Below are positions 1 through 9,151 of a stretch of DNA of 64,000 bases, in pieces. Source of the stretch: an uncultured Chloroflexia bacterium. GTDB taxonomy: Bacteria; Chloroflexota; Limnocylindria; Limnocylindrales; CSP1-4. The notes below the pieces were generated by a model. It had not been told where the DNA came from. It did not search any database and was given only the letters and a program-made list of their open reading frames with translations. The stretch spans positions 320,001 to 384,000 of the forward strand of contig CAVVNQ010000015.1 in assembly GCA_963749705.1 (NCBI GenBank), written 5' to 3'. The stretch's first letter is position 1, and each line of letters opens with the position of its first letter. Both the position numbers and the translations under genes were made by a program.

Positions 1-117
1 GGCAACGCCCATCACCATGACCCGGACCGGCTGGCCACGGCGATCATCGACGCCTGGGAGCGCGACGGCGGCCACCGACGCCGGCCCAGCGTGTCGTCCG
101 GCGACCGGACGGCCTGA
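1..117 (+). CDS. 3' end of probable YvcK/CofD-like gluconeogenesis factor (partial)
   Basis: Frame 1 reads GNAHHHDPDRLATAII...stop at 115-117. HDPxxLA resembles the YvcK C-terminus, and yvcK normally precedes whiA. Confidence 0.6.
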   Translation, partial: GNAHHHDPDRLATAIIDAWERDGGHRRRPSVSSGDRTA

Positions 118-126
118 ACCCGACCG

Positions 127-972
127 ATGTCCCGGAGCGACCGCGACCTGGTGCTGGCGCTGCGAGCCGAGCTTGCGGCGGTCGATCCCTCGCGGCCGTG
201 CGACCGGAGGGCGGAGATCGCGGGCCTGGGTCCCTCGCTGGTGACGCGCGAGGCAACGGTCGCCCGGCTCGCTCTGCGGCTCGGCGGCCATGCGCCCGAC
301 GGTGCGCAGCCCGGCGGTCGCCACCTGCTGCAGCTGCCCGCCGAGTCGCTCGACTGGACCGGCGCCGCCGATCATTGCCGGCTGGCCTGGCTCCGCGGCC
401 GGTTCCTCTCCCGCGGCTCGCTGAGCCTCGCCGGGGGACGGGCGCATCTCGAGTTCGTCGTCCCGGTCGCCGAGGCGCCCGACCTTGCCGACCGGCTGGC
501 GTCGCTCGGCCTGCCCGCGTCGTGGCGCGTCCGGCGCGGCCAGGGCGTGGTCACCTGGAAGAGCAACGAGTCGATCACCGGGTTCCTCGGGCGGATCGGT
601 GCCAGCGCGTCGCTGCTCGAGCTCGAGGCACGGAGCGTTGCCCGGACCCTGCGCGGCGAGCTCAACCGCGTGCTCAACGCGGAGTCCGCCAACCTCCAGC
701 GCTCGGTCGCCGCCGCCGGACGCCAGCTCGCTGCGATCGAGGCCCTCGACGCCGACGGGCGCCTGGGCGAGCAGCCGCGCACGGTCCGTGCCGTCGCCGA
801 GGCCCGCCGCGACACCCCCGAGGCGTCGATGTCCGAGATCGCCACCCGGCTCGACCTCCACCGGTCCGCGGTCCAGCGCGCGCTCGATCGCCTCGAGCGC
901 CTCGCGCTCCACGACGACGAGGGCATCGGGCTCCGTCATCCCTCCCGACGCCGGGTGCGCACGGCCGGCTGA
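127..972 (+). CDS. whiA: DNA-binding protein WhiA
   Basis: LAGLIDADG-like 'AWLRGRFLSRGSLS...HLEF', 'NRVLNAESANLQRS' and a C-terminal HTH. Confidence 0.9.
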   Translation: MSRSDRDLVLALRAELAAVDPSRPCDRRAEIAGLGPSLVTREATVARLALRLGGHAPDGAQPGGRHLLQLPAESLDWTGAADHCRLAWLRGRFLSRGSLSLAGGRAHLEFVVPVAEAPDLADRLASLGLPASWRVRRGQGVVTWKSNESITGFLGRIGASASLLELEARSVARTLRGELNRVLNAESANLQRSVAAAGRQLAAIEALDADGRLGEQPRTVRAVAEARRDTPEASMSEIATRLDLHRSAVQRALDRLERLALHDDEGIGLRHPSRRRVRTAG

Positions 973-1006
973 GCGGACCACGGCTGGCTGAGCGGAGCAC
1001 GGCTGG
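960..1006. repeat. 19-bp tandem repeat (~2.4 copies) spanning the whiA stop
   Basis: cacggcYggctgagcggaS at 960 and 979, partial at 998. Confidence 0.6.
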
Positions 1007-1121
1007 GGGCCATCGGGCGCATCCGGCGGGGCCGCCCGGCCGTCCGACGGGGGCCGCGCGGCCACCCCGCAGGTGCCGAGCAGCCGGGGGAGGCGACGGG
1101 ACCCTCTGGCATCATGGGGCC

Positions 1122-1907
1122 ATGCGCCCGATCGTGATTGCCGCCAACTGGAAGATGAACACCACCCCCGGCGACGCCGGCGAGCTGGCGAGGACCATCG
1201 CGTCCCGAACTCGCGTGCCCGGCCTGACCCGGGTGATCTGCCCACCCTACGTGAGCCTCGGGGCCGTGCGCGACGCGCTGGCCGGAGAGGACGTCGGGGT
1301 CGGTGCCCAGAACATCCACCACGAGCTTGCCGGCGCGTTCACGGGCGAGATCTCGGCGCCGATGGTCGTTGGCCTCGCGACCTGGGTGATCCTCGGCCAC
1401 TCGGAGCGCCGCGCGTACTTCGGCGAGACCGATTCGCTGGTGGGCAAGAAGCTCGACCGCGCGATCGACGCCGGCCTGCGGCCGATCCTGTGCGTCGGCG
1501 AGGTCCTTGCCGACCGTGAGGCTGGGCGCCAGAACGCCATCGTCGACGCGCAGCTGCGCGGTGCCCTCGAGGGCCGCGACCCGGTCGCGCTCGCCGCCGC
1601 CGGCCTGGTCATCGCCTATGAGCCGGTGTGGGCGATCGGGACCGGGCGCAACGCGAGCGGCGCCGATGCCGCGGCGATGGCCGATGCGATCCGGTCCGCG
1701 CTCCGGCCGCTCGGCTGGGGCGGCGCGGCCGAGGCGACACCCGTCCTCTACGGCGGCAGCGTGACCTCCGCGAACATCGGCGACTTCCTGGGCGAGCCCG
1801 CCATCGACGGCGCGCTGATCGGCGGCGCATCGCTCAAGCCGGATGAGATGGCCGGGATCGCCGCCCGGGCCGGGCTGACCGCGGCGGCGCGCGGGCTGGC
1901 CTCGTGA
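1122..1907 (+). CDS. tpiA: Triosephosphate isomerase
   Basis: ANWKMN, GHSERR, AYEPVWAIGTG, LYGGSV and GGASL motifs. Start ATG 1122 lies inside the longer track ORF. Confidence 0.97.
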   Translation: MRPIVIAANWKMNTTPGDAGELARTIASRTRVPGLTRVICPPYVSLGAVRDALAGEDVGVGAQNIHHELAGAFTGEISAPMVVGLATWVILGHSERRAYFGETDSLVGKKLDRAIDAGLRPILCVGEVLADREAGRQNAIVDAQLRGALEGRDPVALAAAGLVIAYEPVWAIGTGRNASGADAAAMADAIRSALRPLGWGGAAEATPVLYGGSVTSANIGDFLGEPAIDGALIGGASLKPDEMAGIAARAGLTAAARGLAS

Positions 1908-3529
1908 CCGCGGACGGGACCGAGACCACCGGCGACAAGCGCGGCGGCGCATCGCCGGGCGACGCGCGACCGCGACCGATCGTGCTCGTCATTCTCGACG
2001 GGTTCGGGATCGGGCACGACCCGACGGCCGACGCCATCGCGGCAGCCCAGATGCCCGTGTGGCGGGACCTCATGGCACGCTGGCCGCACTCGGTCCTGCG
2101 CGCGTCCGAGGACGCGGTCGGCCTGCCCGCCGGCCAGATGGGCAACTCCGAGGTCGGCCACCTCAACCTGGGCGCCGGACGGCCGGTCCTCCAGGACCTG
2201 CCGCGGATCGACGCCGCCATCGCGGACGGGTCATTCTTCGACCGGCCCGCGCTGGTCGCGGCGTGTGATCGCGCACGAGAAACCGGTCGGCTGCACACCG
2301 TCGGCCTGGTGGGGCCGGGCGGGGTCCACGCGCATGACCGGCACCTGATCGCCATGGTCGAGCTGGCCGCCCGCCTGGATGTCCCGTCGGTGCGCGTCCA
2401 CGCGCTGCTCGACGGGCGGGACACGCCCCCGTCCTCCGGGCTCGGGTTCATCCGCGACCTCGAGCAGCGGCTCGCAGCCGCGCACCCGGACGCCCGCGTC
2501 GCGACGGTCGGCGGGCGCTACTGGGCGATGGACCGCGACAAGCGCTGGGACCGCACGGAGCGCGGCTACGACGCCATCGTGCACGGCGTGGGAAACCGTG
2601 CCGAATCCGCCGAGGCGGCGATCGAGGCCGCGTACGCCCGTGGCGAGACCGACGAGTTCGTGGTCCCCACGGTGATCGACGGCATCGACGGCCGCGTCCG
2701 CGACGGGGACCCGATCGTCCATGTCAACTTCCGGGCCGATCGGGCCCGCCAGCTGACCCATGCGCTGGCCGACCCGGAGTTCGACGCGTTCGACCGGACG
2801 GGCCCTGGCGGCGAGCCGGCACCCGCAGACCTGCTCGTGGTCACCATGACCGAGTACGAGGCAGGCCTGCCGGTGGAGGTCGCGTTCGCGCCCGAGGAGG
2901 CCCGATCCCTGGCCGGCGCCTTCTCCGACGCCGGCTGGCGCCAGCTCCACGTTGCCGAGACCGAGAAGTACGCCCACGTGACGTACTTCTTCAATGGCGG
3001 GCGTGAGACGGCGTGGCCCGGCGAGGATCGCCGGCTGGTGCCGTCGCCAAAGGTCGCCACGTACGACCTCCAGCCCGAGATGAGCGCCCCGGGCGTCACC
3101 GACGAGCTGGTCGGCGCCATCGGGTCCGGTGCCTACGACTTCATCGTCGCGAACTACGCCAACCCGGACATGGTCGGCCACACGGGCGTGTGGGATGCGA
3201 CGCTGCGAGCGCTCGAGACGATCGATACCTGCCTGGGCCGTGTCGTCGAGGCGATCGAGCGGGTCGAGGCGGCGGACGCGGCCGGACCCGGTGCGGCCTT
3301 GTTCATCACCGCCGACCACGGCAACGCCGACGAGCTCCGCGATCACGACGGCAAGCCGGTGACCGCCCACTCGCTCAACCCGGTGCCGCTGGTCGCGATC
3401 GGCCGGTCGCTCGCCGGCCGGTCGCTCCGTGACGGCGTCCTGGCCGACGTCGCGCCCACGATCCTCGACACCGCGGGCCTGCCACGATGGGACGAGATGA
3501 CCGGGCGATCGCTGCTCCGACCCGCCTGA
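1904..3529 (+). CDS. gpmI: 2,3-bisphosphoglycerate-independent phosphoglycerate mutase
   Basis: LVILDGFG, GQMGNSEVGH, AETEKYAHVTYFFNGG, NPDMVGHTG, TADHGN. Confidence 0.97.
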   Translation: MTADGTETTGDKRGGASPGDARPRPIVLVILDGFGIGHDPTADAIAAAQMPVWRDLMARWPHSVLRASEDAVGLPAGQMGNSEVGHLNLGAGRPVLQDLPRIDAAIADGSFFDRPALVAACDRARETGRLHTVGLVGPGGVHAHDRHLIAMVELAARLDVPSVRVHALLDGRDTPPSSGLGFIRDLEQRLAAAHPDARVATVGGRYWAMDRDKRWDRTERGYDAIVHGVGNRAESAEAAIEAAYARGETDEFVVPTVIDGIDGRVRDGDPIVHVNFRADRARQLTHALADPEFDAFDRTGPGGEPAPADLLVVTMTEYEAGLPVEVAFAPEEARSLAGAFSDAGWRQLHVAETEKYAHVTYFFNGGRETAWPGEDRRLVPSPKVATYDLQPEMSAPGVTDELVGAIGSGAYDFIVANYANPDMVGHTGVWDATLRALETIDTCLGRVVEAIERVEAADAAGPGAALFITADHGNADELRDHDGKPVTAHSLNPVPLVAIGRSLAGRSLRDGVLADVAPTILDTAGLPRWDEMTGRSLLRPA

Positions 3530-3606
3530 CCGACGCACCCGATCCGGGCCGGGCGGAAAGGTCTGGTACCATCCGGCACCGTTACACCTCGGAGGTCAGC
3601 CAGCTC

Positions 3607-3828
3607 GTGAACCCCCTCCTGGCCATCGGCCAGCTCCTGCTCAGCGTGGGCCTTGTCGCCGCCATCCTGCTCCAGGCCCGCGGTACCGGCCTGTCCGGCA
3701 CGTTCGGTGGCGACTCCGGCGTCTACCGCAGCCGGCGGGGGATCGAGCGCCGTCTGTGGCAGTTCACGATCCTGTTGCTCGCGCTGTTCGTGCTGTTCGC
3801 GCTGGCGGCGTTCCTGTTCGTCAAGTAG
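3607..3828 (+). CDS. secG: Preprotein translocase subunit SecG
   Basis: Two TM helices with 'ILLQARGTGLSGTFGG...RSRRGIE'. GGAGG upstream of GTG 3607. Confidence 0.9.
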   Translation: MNPLLAIGQLLLSVGLVAAILLQARGTGLSGTFGGDSGVYRSRRGIERRLWQFTILLLALFVLFALAAFLFVK

Positions 3829-3874
3829 GGCGCGGCACCACGCCGGGCAGAGCCCCAACGCACCGCATGTCCCG

Positions 3875-5593
3875 ATGACCGGCCGCGATCGCGCGGTCGT
3901 CGCCGTCCTGGTGCTCCTGCTCGCCGGTCTCGGCGGCGTGCTGTCGATGCCGGACACGACGCCCGTTGCCAGCGTCGGGCAGCAGACGCCCGAGCCCACC
4001 ATCGCCCCGCTGGCGCCCTATCGCGAGGGCATCGTCGGCGCGCCGTCGTCGATCACGCCGGTGACCGCGCGTTCGCGGACCGAGCGGACGCTCGTGGGGC
4101 TGGTGTTCAGCGGCCTGGTGCGGCTGGGGCCCGGCAACACGTTCGAGCCTGACCTCGCCAGGTCCTGGTCCGTGGACGACACGGGCAAGGTATGGACGTT
4201 CCATATCCGCGACGACGCCACCTGGCAGGACGGCGTCCCGGTGACGGCCGCCGACGTGGTGTACACGATCGAGGCGCTCAAGAGCCCGTATTCGGCCGGG
4301 GCCCTGTCCTCGTCGTGGGCGGAGGTCGAGGCCAGCGCCGTGGACGACACGACCGTCCAGTTCACGCTCGCGACCCCGATCGGCGGCTTCCTCGCGGCCG
4401 CGACGCAGCCACTGCTGCCGTTCCACCTCCTTGCGGACGTCCCGTTCTCCGATCTGGCGACCAGCCCGTTTGCGCTCCAGCCCGTCGGGACCGGTCCCTA
4501 CGCGCTGACCGACCTCAATTCGACCCGGGCCGTGCTCACGCCGACCGCGCTGACGATGCCGCTCCAGGATCCGGGGCCGACGGTATCGCCCGACTCGCTG
4601 GCTTCGCCGGGTCCGATCGCCACGCCGGCCGGGCCGGTGCCGTACCTGGAGCAGATCGAGATCCACTTCTACGACGACGCCGCCACGCTCGCGGAGGGGC
4701 TGCGGTCCGGCGAGGTCGACGCGGCCAGCGGGCTGCCGCCCGACCAGATCGCGGCACTCGAACCGGTCACCGGCATCACCGCCGTGCGCTACCCGACGAC
4801 GACGCTGTCCTCGGTGCTGCTCGACCTGCGTCCGGCACATGCGGAGCTGCGCGACCAGCGCGTGCGCCGGGCGCTGCTGACGGCCATCGACCGCGACACC
4901 CTCGTGTCCACGGTGATGGGCGGTGACGCCGTGCGCGCGGATGCGCTCGTCCCCCCGAGCTCGTGGGCGTTCGACGCCGAGGCCGCGAAGTCCGTCACGT
5001 ACAGCACCAAGCGGGCCGCGACCCTGCTCACCGACGCGGGCTGGCAAAAGAAGGGCGGCGCCTGGATGGCCCCGGGCGGAAAGGAGCCCTATCGGATCGA
5101 GGTGCTCAGCGTGCCCGCGGACGCCAACCCACGGCTGGCGGCGGTTGCCGCGTACGTTCGGGACGCCTGGACGGCGCTCGGGCTCAAGGTCGATACGGTT
5201 GAGCTGCCCGCGTCGGAGCTCGCCTCGCGACTGCGCGAGGGGTCCTTCGGAGCCGCCGTCGTGGACATCGCGATGGGGCTCGAGCCGGATCTCTACCCGC
5301 TGCTCGCATCGACCCAGGTCCGGGGATCCGGGTCGAACCTGTCCGGCTACCAGGAGGCGGCCCTGGACCCGCTGCTCGAGGCGGCCCGGGCACCGGGAAC
5401 CGCCGATGAGCGCACCGCGGCGTGGAAGGCGCTCCTGACCGCGCTGGACGAGCGCCAGCCGATCCTGCCGCTTGCCTGGGCCGACGATGTCGTGCTGGTC
5501 AAGGGGGTTGATGGGATGGCCCCGCGACTCATCTCCGGCCCGGGCGATCAATTCTGGGATGTGCTAGCATGGCGCCTCGCTGCGGACCGGTGA
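3875..5593 (+). CDS. Peptide/nickel ABC transporter substrate-binding protein (family 5), orphan
   Basis: N-terminal hydrophobic anchor; PDLARSW, TFHIRDDATWQDGVPVTAADVVYT, PVGTGPY, VRRALLTAIDR. Confidence 0.88.
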   Translation: MTGRDRAVVAVLVLLLAGLGGVLSMPDTTPVASVGQQTPEPTIAPLAPYREGIVGAPSSITPVTARSRTERTLVGLVFSGLVRLGPGNTFEPDLARSWSVDDTGKVWTFHIRDDATWQDGVPVTAADVVYTIEALKSPYSAGALSSSWAEVEASAVDDTTVQFTLATPIGGFLAAATQPLLPFHLLADVPFSDLATSPFALQPVGTGPYALTDLNSTRAVLTPTALTMPLQDPGPTVSPDSLASPGPIATPAGPVPYLEQIEIHFYDDAATLAEGLRSGEVDAASGLPPDQIAALEPVTGITAVRYPTTTLSSVLLDLRPAHAELRDQRVRRALLTAIDRDTLVSTVMGGDAVRADALVPPSSWAFDAEAAKSVTYSTKRAATLLTDAGWQKKGGAWMAPGGKEPYRIEVLSVPADANPRLAAVAAYVRDAWTALGLKVDTVELPASELASRLREGSFGAAVVDIAMGLEPDLYPLLASTQVRGSGSNLSGYQEAALDPLLEAARAPGTADERTAAWKALLTALDERQPILPLAWADDVVLVKGVDGMAPRLISGPGDQFWDVLAWRLAADR

Positions 5594-5628
5594 GTCTTCG
5601 GGCGCCCCGATCCGCGTGCCGGCTCCGC

Positions 5629-5715
5629 GCCGAGGTGGCGAAATTGGCAGACGCGCTAGCTTCAGGAGCTAGTGCCCGCAAGGGCGTATGGGTTCAAGTC
5701 CCTTCCTCGGTACCA
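5629..5715 (+). tRNA. tRNA-Leu(CAG)
   Basis: GCCGAGG/CCTCGGT acceptor stem, anticodon arm CTAGC-TTCAGGA-GCTAG, long variable arm, GGTTCAAGTCC, ACCA. Confidence 0.95.
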
Positions 5716-5758
5716 CGCCCCCTTATGTGAGGAATCCAGCCGGCAGGCGGTAACACTG

Positions 5759-5843
5759 GCCCAGGTGGCGGAATTGGTATACGCGTACGTTTGAGGGGCG
5801 TATGAGGCAACTCATCCGGGTTCAAGTCCCGGCCTGGGCACCA
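5759..5843 (+). tRNA. tRNA-Leu(GAG)
   Basis: GCCCAGG/CCTGGGC stem, TACGT-TTGAGGG-GCGTA anticodon arm, variable arm, T-loop, ACCA. Confidence 0.95.
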
Positions 5844-5912
5844 CACTCCTGAACCTTCTGCGGGCGGCCGGTGGCCGCCCGTTCGTCGTTCCGAGCACGA
5901 TCGGCGTCACCC

Positions 5913-5989
5913 GGGCGGTTAGCTCAGCTGGTCAGAGCGCCTCGTTTACACCGAGGAGGCCGGAGGTTCGAGTCCTCCACCGCCCACCA
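5913..5989 (+). tRNA. tRNA-Val(TAC)
   Basis: GGGCGGT/ACCGCCC stem, CCTCG-TTTACAC-CGAGG anticodon arm, GGTTCGAGTCC, ACCA. Confidence 0.95.
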
Positions 5990-6102
5990 ACTCCCGCGGG
6001 CCGGGTGGCCGGCCCCGATCGGCCGAGCGGCCATTACCCCGTCCGACGGCCACGGTATGCTGAACACAGGGCACGGCGCCCGTGCGCACTCGAGGAGACC
6101 GA

Positions 6103-6672
6103 ATGGATCTGACCCTGATCGTCATCGTCGCGATCGTCGTCGTCATCGTCCTGTTCGTCGTCGGCATCTACAACGGCCTCGTCACCCGGCGCAACCGGAT
6201 CGACGAAGCCTTCTCCCAGATCGAGGTCCAGCTCAAGCGACGGCACGACCTGATCCCGAACCTCGTCCAGGCCGTGAAGGGCTACATGGGGTTCGAGCAG
6301 GACGTCCTGACCAGGGTCACCGAGGCTCGTGCCAACGCCGTGGCGGCGGGGGCGAAGGGCCCGGCGGAGCAGGCGGCCGCGGAGAACGCCCTGACCGGCA
6401 CCCTGCGCTCGCTGTTCGCCGTCGTCGAAAACTATCCGGAGCTCAAGGCGAACCAGAACGTCATCCAGCTCCAGGAGCAGCTGACCACGACCGAGAACCA
6501 GATCAGCTTCTCGCGCCAGCACTACAACGCGACCGTGCTGGACTACAACAACTCGATCCAGACGATCCCGGCCGTGCTGATCGCGGGGCCGATGGGCTTC
6601 ACCAAGCGCGAGTTCTTCGACGCCGAGCCCGAGGCGAGCGAGGTTCCCAACGTCGATCTCAGCCTGAAGTGA
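6103..6672 (+). CDS. lemA: LemA family protein
   Basis: N-terminal TM, YNGLV, QLKRRHDLIPNLV, ENYPELKAN. GAGGAG RBS. Confidence 0.95.
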   Translation: MDLTLIVIVAIVVVIVLFVVGIYNGLVTRRNRIDEAFSQIEVQLKRRHDLIPNLVQAVKGYMGFEQDVLTRVTEARANAVAAGAKGPAEQAAAENALTGTLRSLFAVVENYPELKANQNVIQLQEQLTTTENQISFSRQHYNATVLDYNNSIQTIPAVLIAGPMGFTKREFFDAEPEASEVPNVDLSLK

Positions 6673-6707
6673 TCGAACGGCGCCTGGCGCCGCGCTGAGC
6701 AACCACC

Positions 6708-7730
6708 ATGGCGACCTTCTACGACCAGATCGGCGCGAACCGCCGGAACTCGGTCCTGCTTGCCCTTGCGGTCATCGTCCTGCTGGGCCTCCTGGGCATG
6801 CTCATCGGCTGGGCGGTCACCGGTGATCCCCGTGCGGCGCTGCCGTCGACGGGGATCGCCATCGCCGTCGGCCTCGCCGCGTCCCTGTTCTCGTACTTCC
6901 TGGGCGACTCGCTGGTCCTCGCGACCTCGGGCGCCAAGGAGGTCACGGCGCAGGACCAGCCACAGCTGATCAACGTGGTCCAGGAGATGGCGATCGCGGC
7001 CAACGTGCCGATGCCCAAGGTCTACCTGATCAACGACACCGCACCCAACGCCTTCGCCACCGGCCGCGACCCGGCGCACGCGTCCGTCGCGATCACGATC
7101 GGCCTGCTCCAGAAGCTGGATCGCGAGGAGCTGCAGGGCGTCATGGCGCACGAGCTGTCGCACGTGCGCAACTTCGACATCCGCTTCTCGCTCATGGTCG
7201 GCGTGCTGGTCGGGTCGATCGCGCTGCTCGCCGACTTCTTCCTGCGGTTCACGTTCTGGGGCGGCGGCTCGCGCGGCTCGAGCCGGGATCGCAACTCGGG
7301 CGGCGGCGGTCTCCAGGTGATCGTGTTCGTGCTCGCGATCGTGCTCGCCATCCTGGCCCCGATCATGGCCCGGCTGGTCCAGATGGCGGTCAGCCGCCAG
7401 CGCGAATACCTCGCCGATGCCTCGGGCGTCGAGCTGACCCGGAACCCGGCGGGCCTGGAGCGCGCGCTGGCCAAGATCGCGCTCGACACCGAGCCGCTGG
7501 AGGTCGCCAATCGGGCGACCCAGCACCTGTACTTCGAGAACCCCGTGAAGGGCGTGAGCGGCCGCAAGTCCGACCTGTTCTCGACCCACCCGCCCGTCCT
7601 GGACCGGATCAACCGGCTTCGCCAGCTGAGCGGACAGCCACCGCTTCCCCGGCCCGAGCTCGCCCTCGATCCGGCCGCGCAGGGCGCCGCGCTCGGCGTG
7701 CCCGGCGGTCCGCCGGCGGGGAGCCGATAG
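6708..7730 (+). CDS. htpX: M48 zinc metalloprotease HtpX
   Basis: PNAFATGR, HELSH (HExxH), SRQREYLADA, FSTHPP; follows lemA. Confidence 0.93.
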   Translation: MATFYDQIGANRRNSVLLALAVIVLLGLLGMLIGWAVTGDPRAALPSTGIAIAVGLAASLFSYFLGDSLVLATSGAKEVTAQDQPQLINVVQEMAIAANVPMPKVYLINDTAPNAFATGRDPAHASVAITIGLLQKLDREELQGVMAHELSHVRNFDIRFSLMVGVLVGSIALLADFFLRFTFWGGGSRGSSRDRNSGGGGLQVIVFVLAIVLAILAPIMARLVQMAVSRQREYLADASGVELTRNPAGLERALAKIALDTEPLEVANRATQHLYFENPVKGVSGRKSDLFSTHPPVLDRINRLRQLSGQPPLPRPELALDPAAQGAALGVPGGPPAGSR

Positions 7731-7834
7731 GCGCCCGCCGGGGCGCAGTCCGGGGCCCGCGCTCCTTGCCGCTCGAACGGGGCCCATGGTATTCTGCGCC
7801 GCGCCGACGGACCCCCGTGGGAGTCCGGGACCGG

Positions 7835-7910
7835 GCCGAGATAGCTCAGTTGGTAGAGCACGCGACTGAAAATCGCGGTGTCGCCAGTTCGAATCTGGCT
7901 CTCGGCACCA
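7835..7910 (+). tRNA. tRNA-Phe(GAA)
   Basis: 76-nt cloverleaf, CGCGA-CTGAAAA-TCGCG anticodon arm, ACCA. Confidence 0.96.
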
Positions 7911-7930
7911 ACCTCGCGTCGGCACATCGA

Positions 7931-8006
7931 GCGGAAGTGGCTCAGTTGGTAGAGCATCACCTTGCCAAGGTGAGGGTCGCGGGTTCGAGTCCCGTCTTCC
8001 GCTCCA
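7931..8006 (+). tRNA. tRNA-Gly(GCC)
   Basis: GCGGAAG/CTTCCGC stem, TCACC-TTGCCAA-GGTGA anticodon arm, TCCA. Confidence 0.96.
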
Positions 8007-8041
8007 TTCCCCCCATACTTGTGATCGACTTCCGGCACCGC

Positions 8042-8115
8042 TGCCCCTTCGTCTAGTGGTAGGACAGCGGACTTTGGATCCGTTAGCCGAGGTTCGAATC
8101 CTCGAGGGGCAGCCA
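8042..8115 (+). tRNA. tRNA-Gln(TTG)
   Basis: TGCCCCT/AGGGGCA stem, GCGGA-CTTTGGA-TCCGT anticodon arm, GCCA. Confidence 0.94.
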
Positions 8116-8151
8116 ACCTGACAACATCGCCGGCGCCCGAGGCCGGCCCGG

Positions 8152-8228
8152 GGCGACGTGGCGAAGTGGCCTAACGCGGGGGTCTGCAAAACCCTTATTC
8201 ATCGGTTCGAATCCGATCGTCGCCTCCA
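8152..8228 (+). tRNA. tRNA-Cys(GCA)
   Basis: GGCGACG/CGTCGCC stem, GGGGT-CTGCAAA-ACCCT anticodon arm, TCCA. Confidence 0.94.
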
Positions 8229-8242
8229 CCATTCCGAGCTCA

Positions 8243-8272
8243 GGACCGCTCCTCCGGGAGCGGTTCCGTTGT
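8243..8272 (+). terminator. Putative intrinsic terminator after the tRNA cluster
   Basis: Hairpin GGACCGCTCC-tccg-GGAGCGGTTCC followed by GTTGT. Confidence 0.55.
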
Positions 8273-8884
8273 ATGGCGCCCGGACGGGCTTCCAGCTTCG
8301 CGCCACGACCTCACGACGATGCCCGCCGCCTCACCTCGTCGTCGCGCAGGTCCGCGAGTCGAGGCACCGCCGGTGCATCGGCAATCCGGCGGTGGGGCAT
8401 GCGGCCTCGTCGTCGTGGGGCGCCCCGCGGAGGCGGGTGACATCTCGCCGTGATGCCGCTGCAACCTCCACGCGCGTGCGTGCGACCGGGTCCGGGCCTG
8501 CCCCCGCTGCCTCGACGGTCGCCGATACTGCCATCCACCGCGGATGGCGGTGGTAGTCAGGCCTGTGTCACCGAAATCAGCCGTCGGCGGATCCGAGCGT
8601 GCTCTGCCGGGATGCCTCGCACCGGCTCGGATGGCCTCAGCATCGCCTAGCACCGGTCGCGGCGGTATCTGACAGGAGATTCGGCAGCATCCGCCGATAG
8701 CACCGGGACACGCGGTATCCGACAGAACCGGAATGGGCGCTTGCGTCGCCTTACCGGACGAGGACCAGGAGCCGGCAGTGCCTCACATCGCGGCGAACCG
8801 CCGGGGTGGGGAAGGCGGCGGAGCACAGGACCGACAGGCGGCCAGCCGGCGTCGTACCATGCGCCGAGCCCGCGATGGGCTCGC

Positions 8885-8971
8885 GCCGAGGTGGCGGAAC
8901 CGGCAGACGCTGCGGTCTTAAACACCGCTGGGGGCAACCCCGTTCGGGTTCGAATCCCGACCTCGGCACCA
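8885..8971 (+). tRNA. tRNA-Leu(TAA)
   Basis: GCCGAGG/CCTCGGC stem, GCGGT-CTTAAAC-ACCGC anticodon arm, variable arm, ACCA. Confidence 0.94.
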
Positions 8972-9055
8972 CAATCCGTGATCGTCGTGCGCGGCGCCCG
9001 GAACGCCGGAGAGCCGCCCCCGCAGCGTCTGACACCGAACGCGGTACCCTGAACC

Positions 9056-9069
9056 AGAACGCATGTTCG
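9056..9069. promoter_or_regulatory. Putative LexA (SOS/Cheo) box
   Basis: AGAAC-gcat-GTTCG matches GAAC-N4-GTTC and lies in intergenic DNA. Confidence 0.55.
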
Positions 9070-9151
9070 ATATGAGGGTGGCGCAGATGGCTGACTGGAT
9101 CGTCTCACCGACGACGGAGGCGCGCTTGCATCGCGCGCCTACCATGACGCC

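Noticed and set aside
8311-8538. Small minus-strand ORFs after tRNA-Cys
   Set aside because: Poor codon bias, no RBS or promoter, no recognisable motif.
5871-8556. ORFs overlapping tRNA genes (5871-6698, 6543-8189, 7022-8116, 7766-8056, 8158-8556)
   Set aside because: Translations of tRNA sequence or antisense of lemA/htpX.
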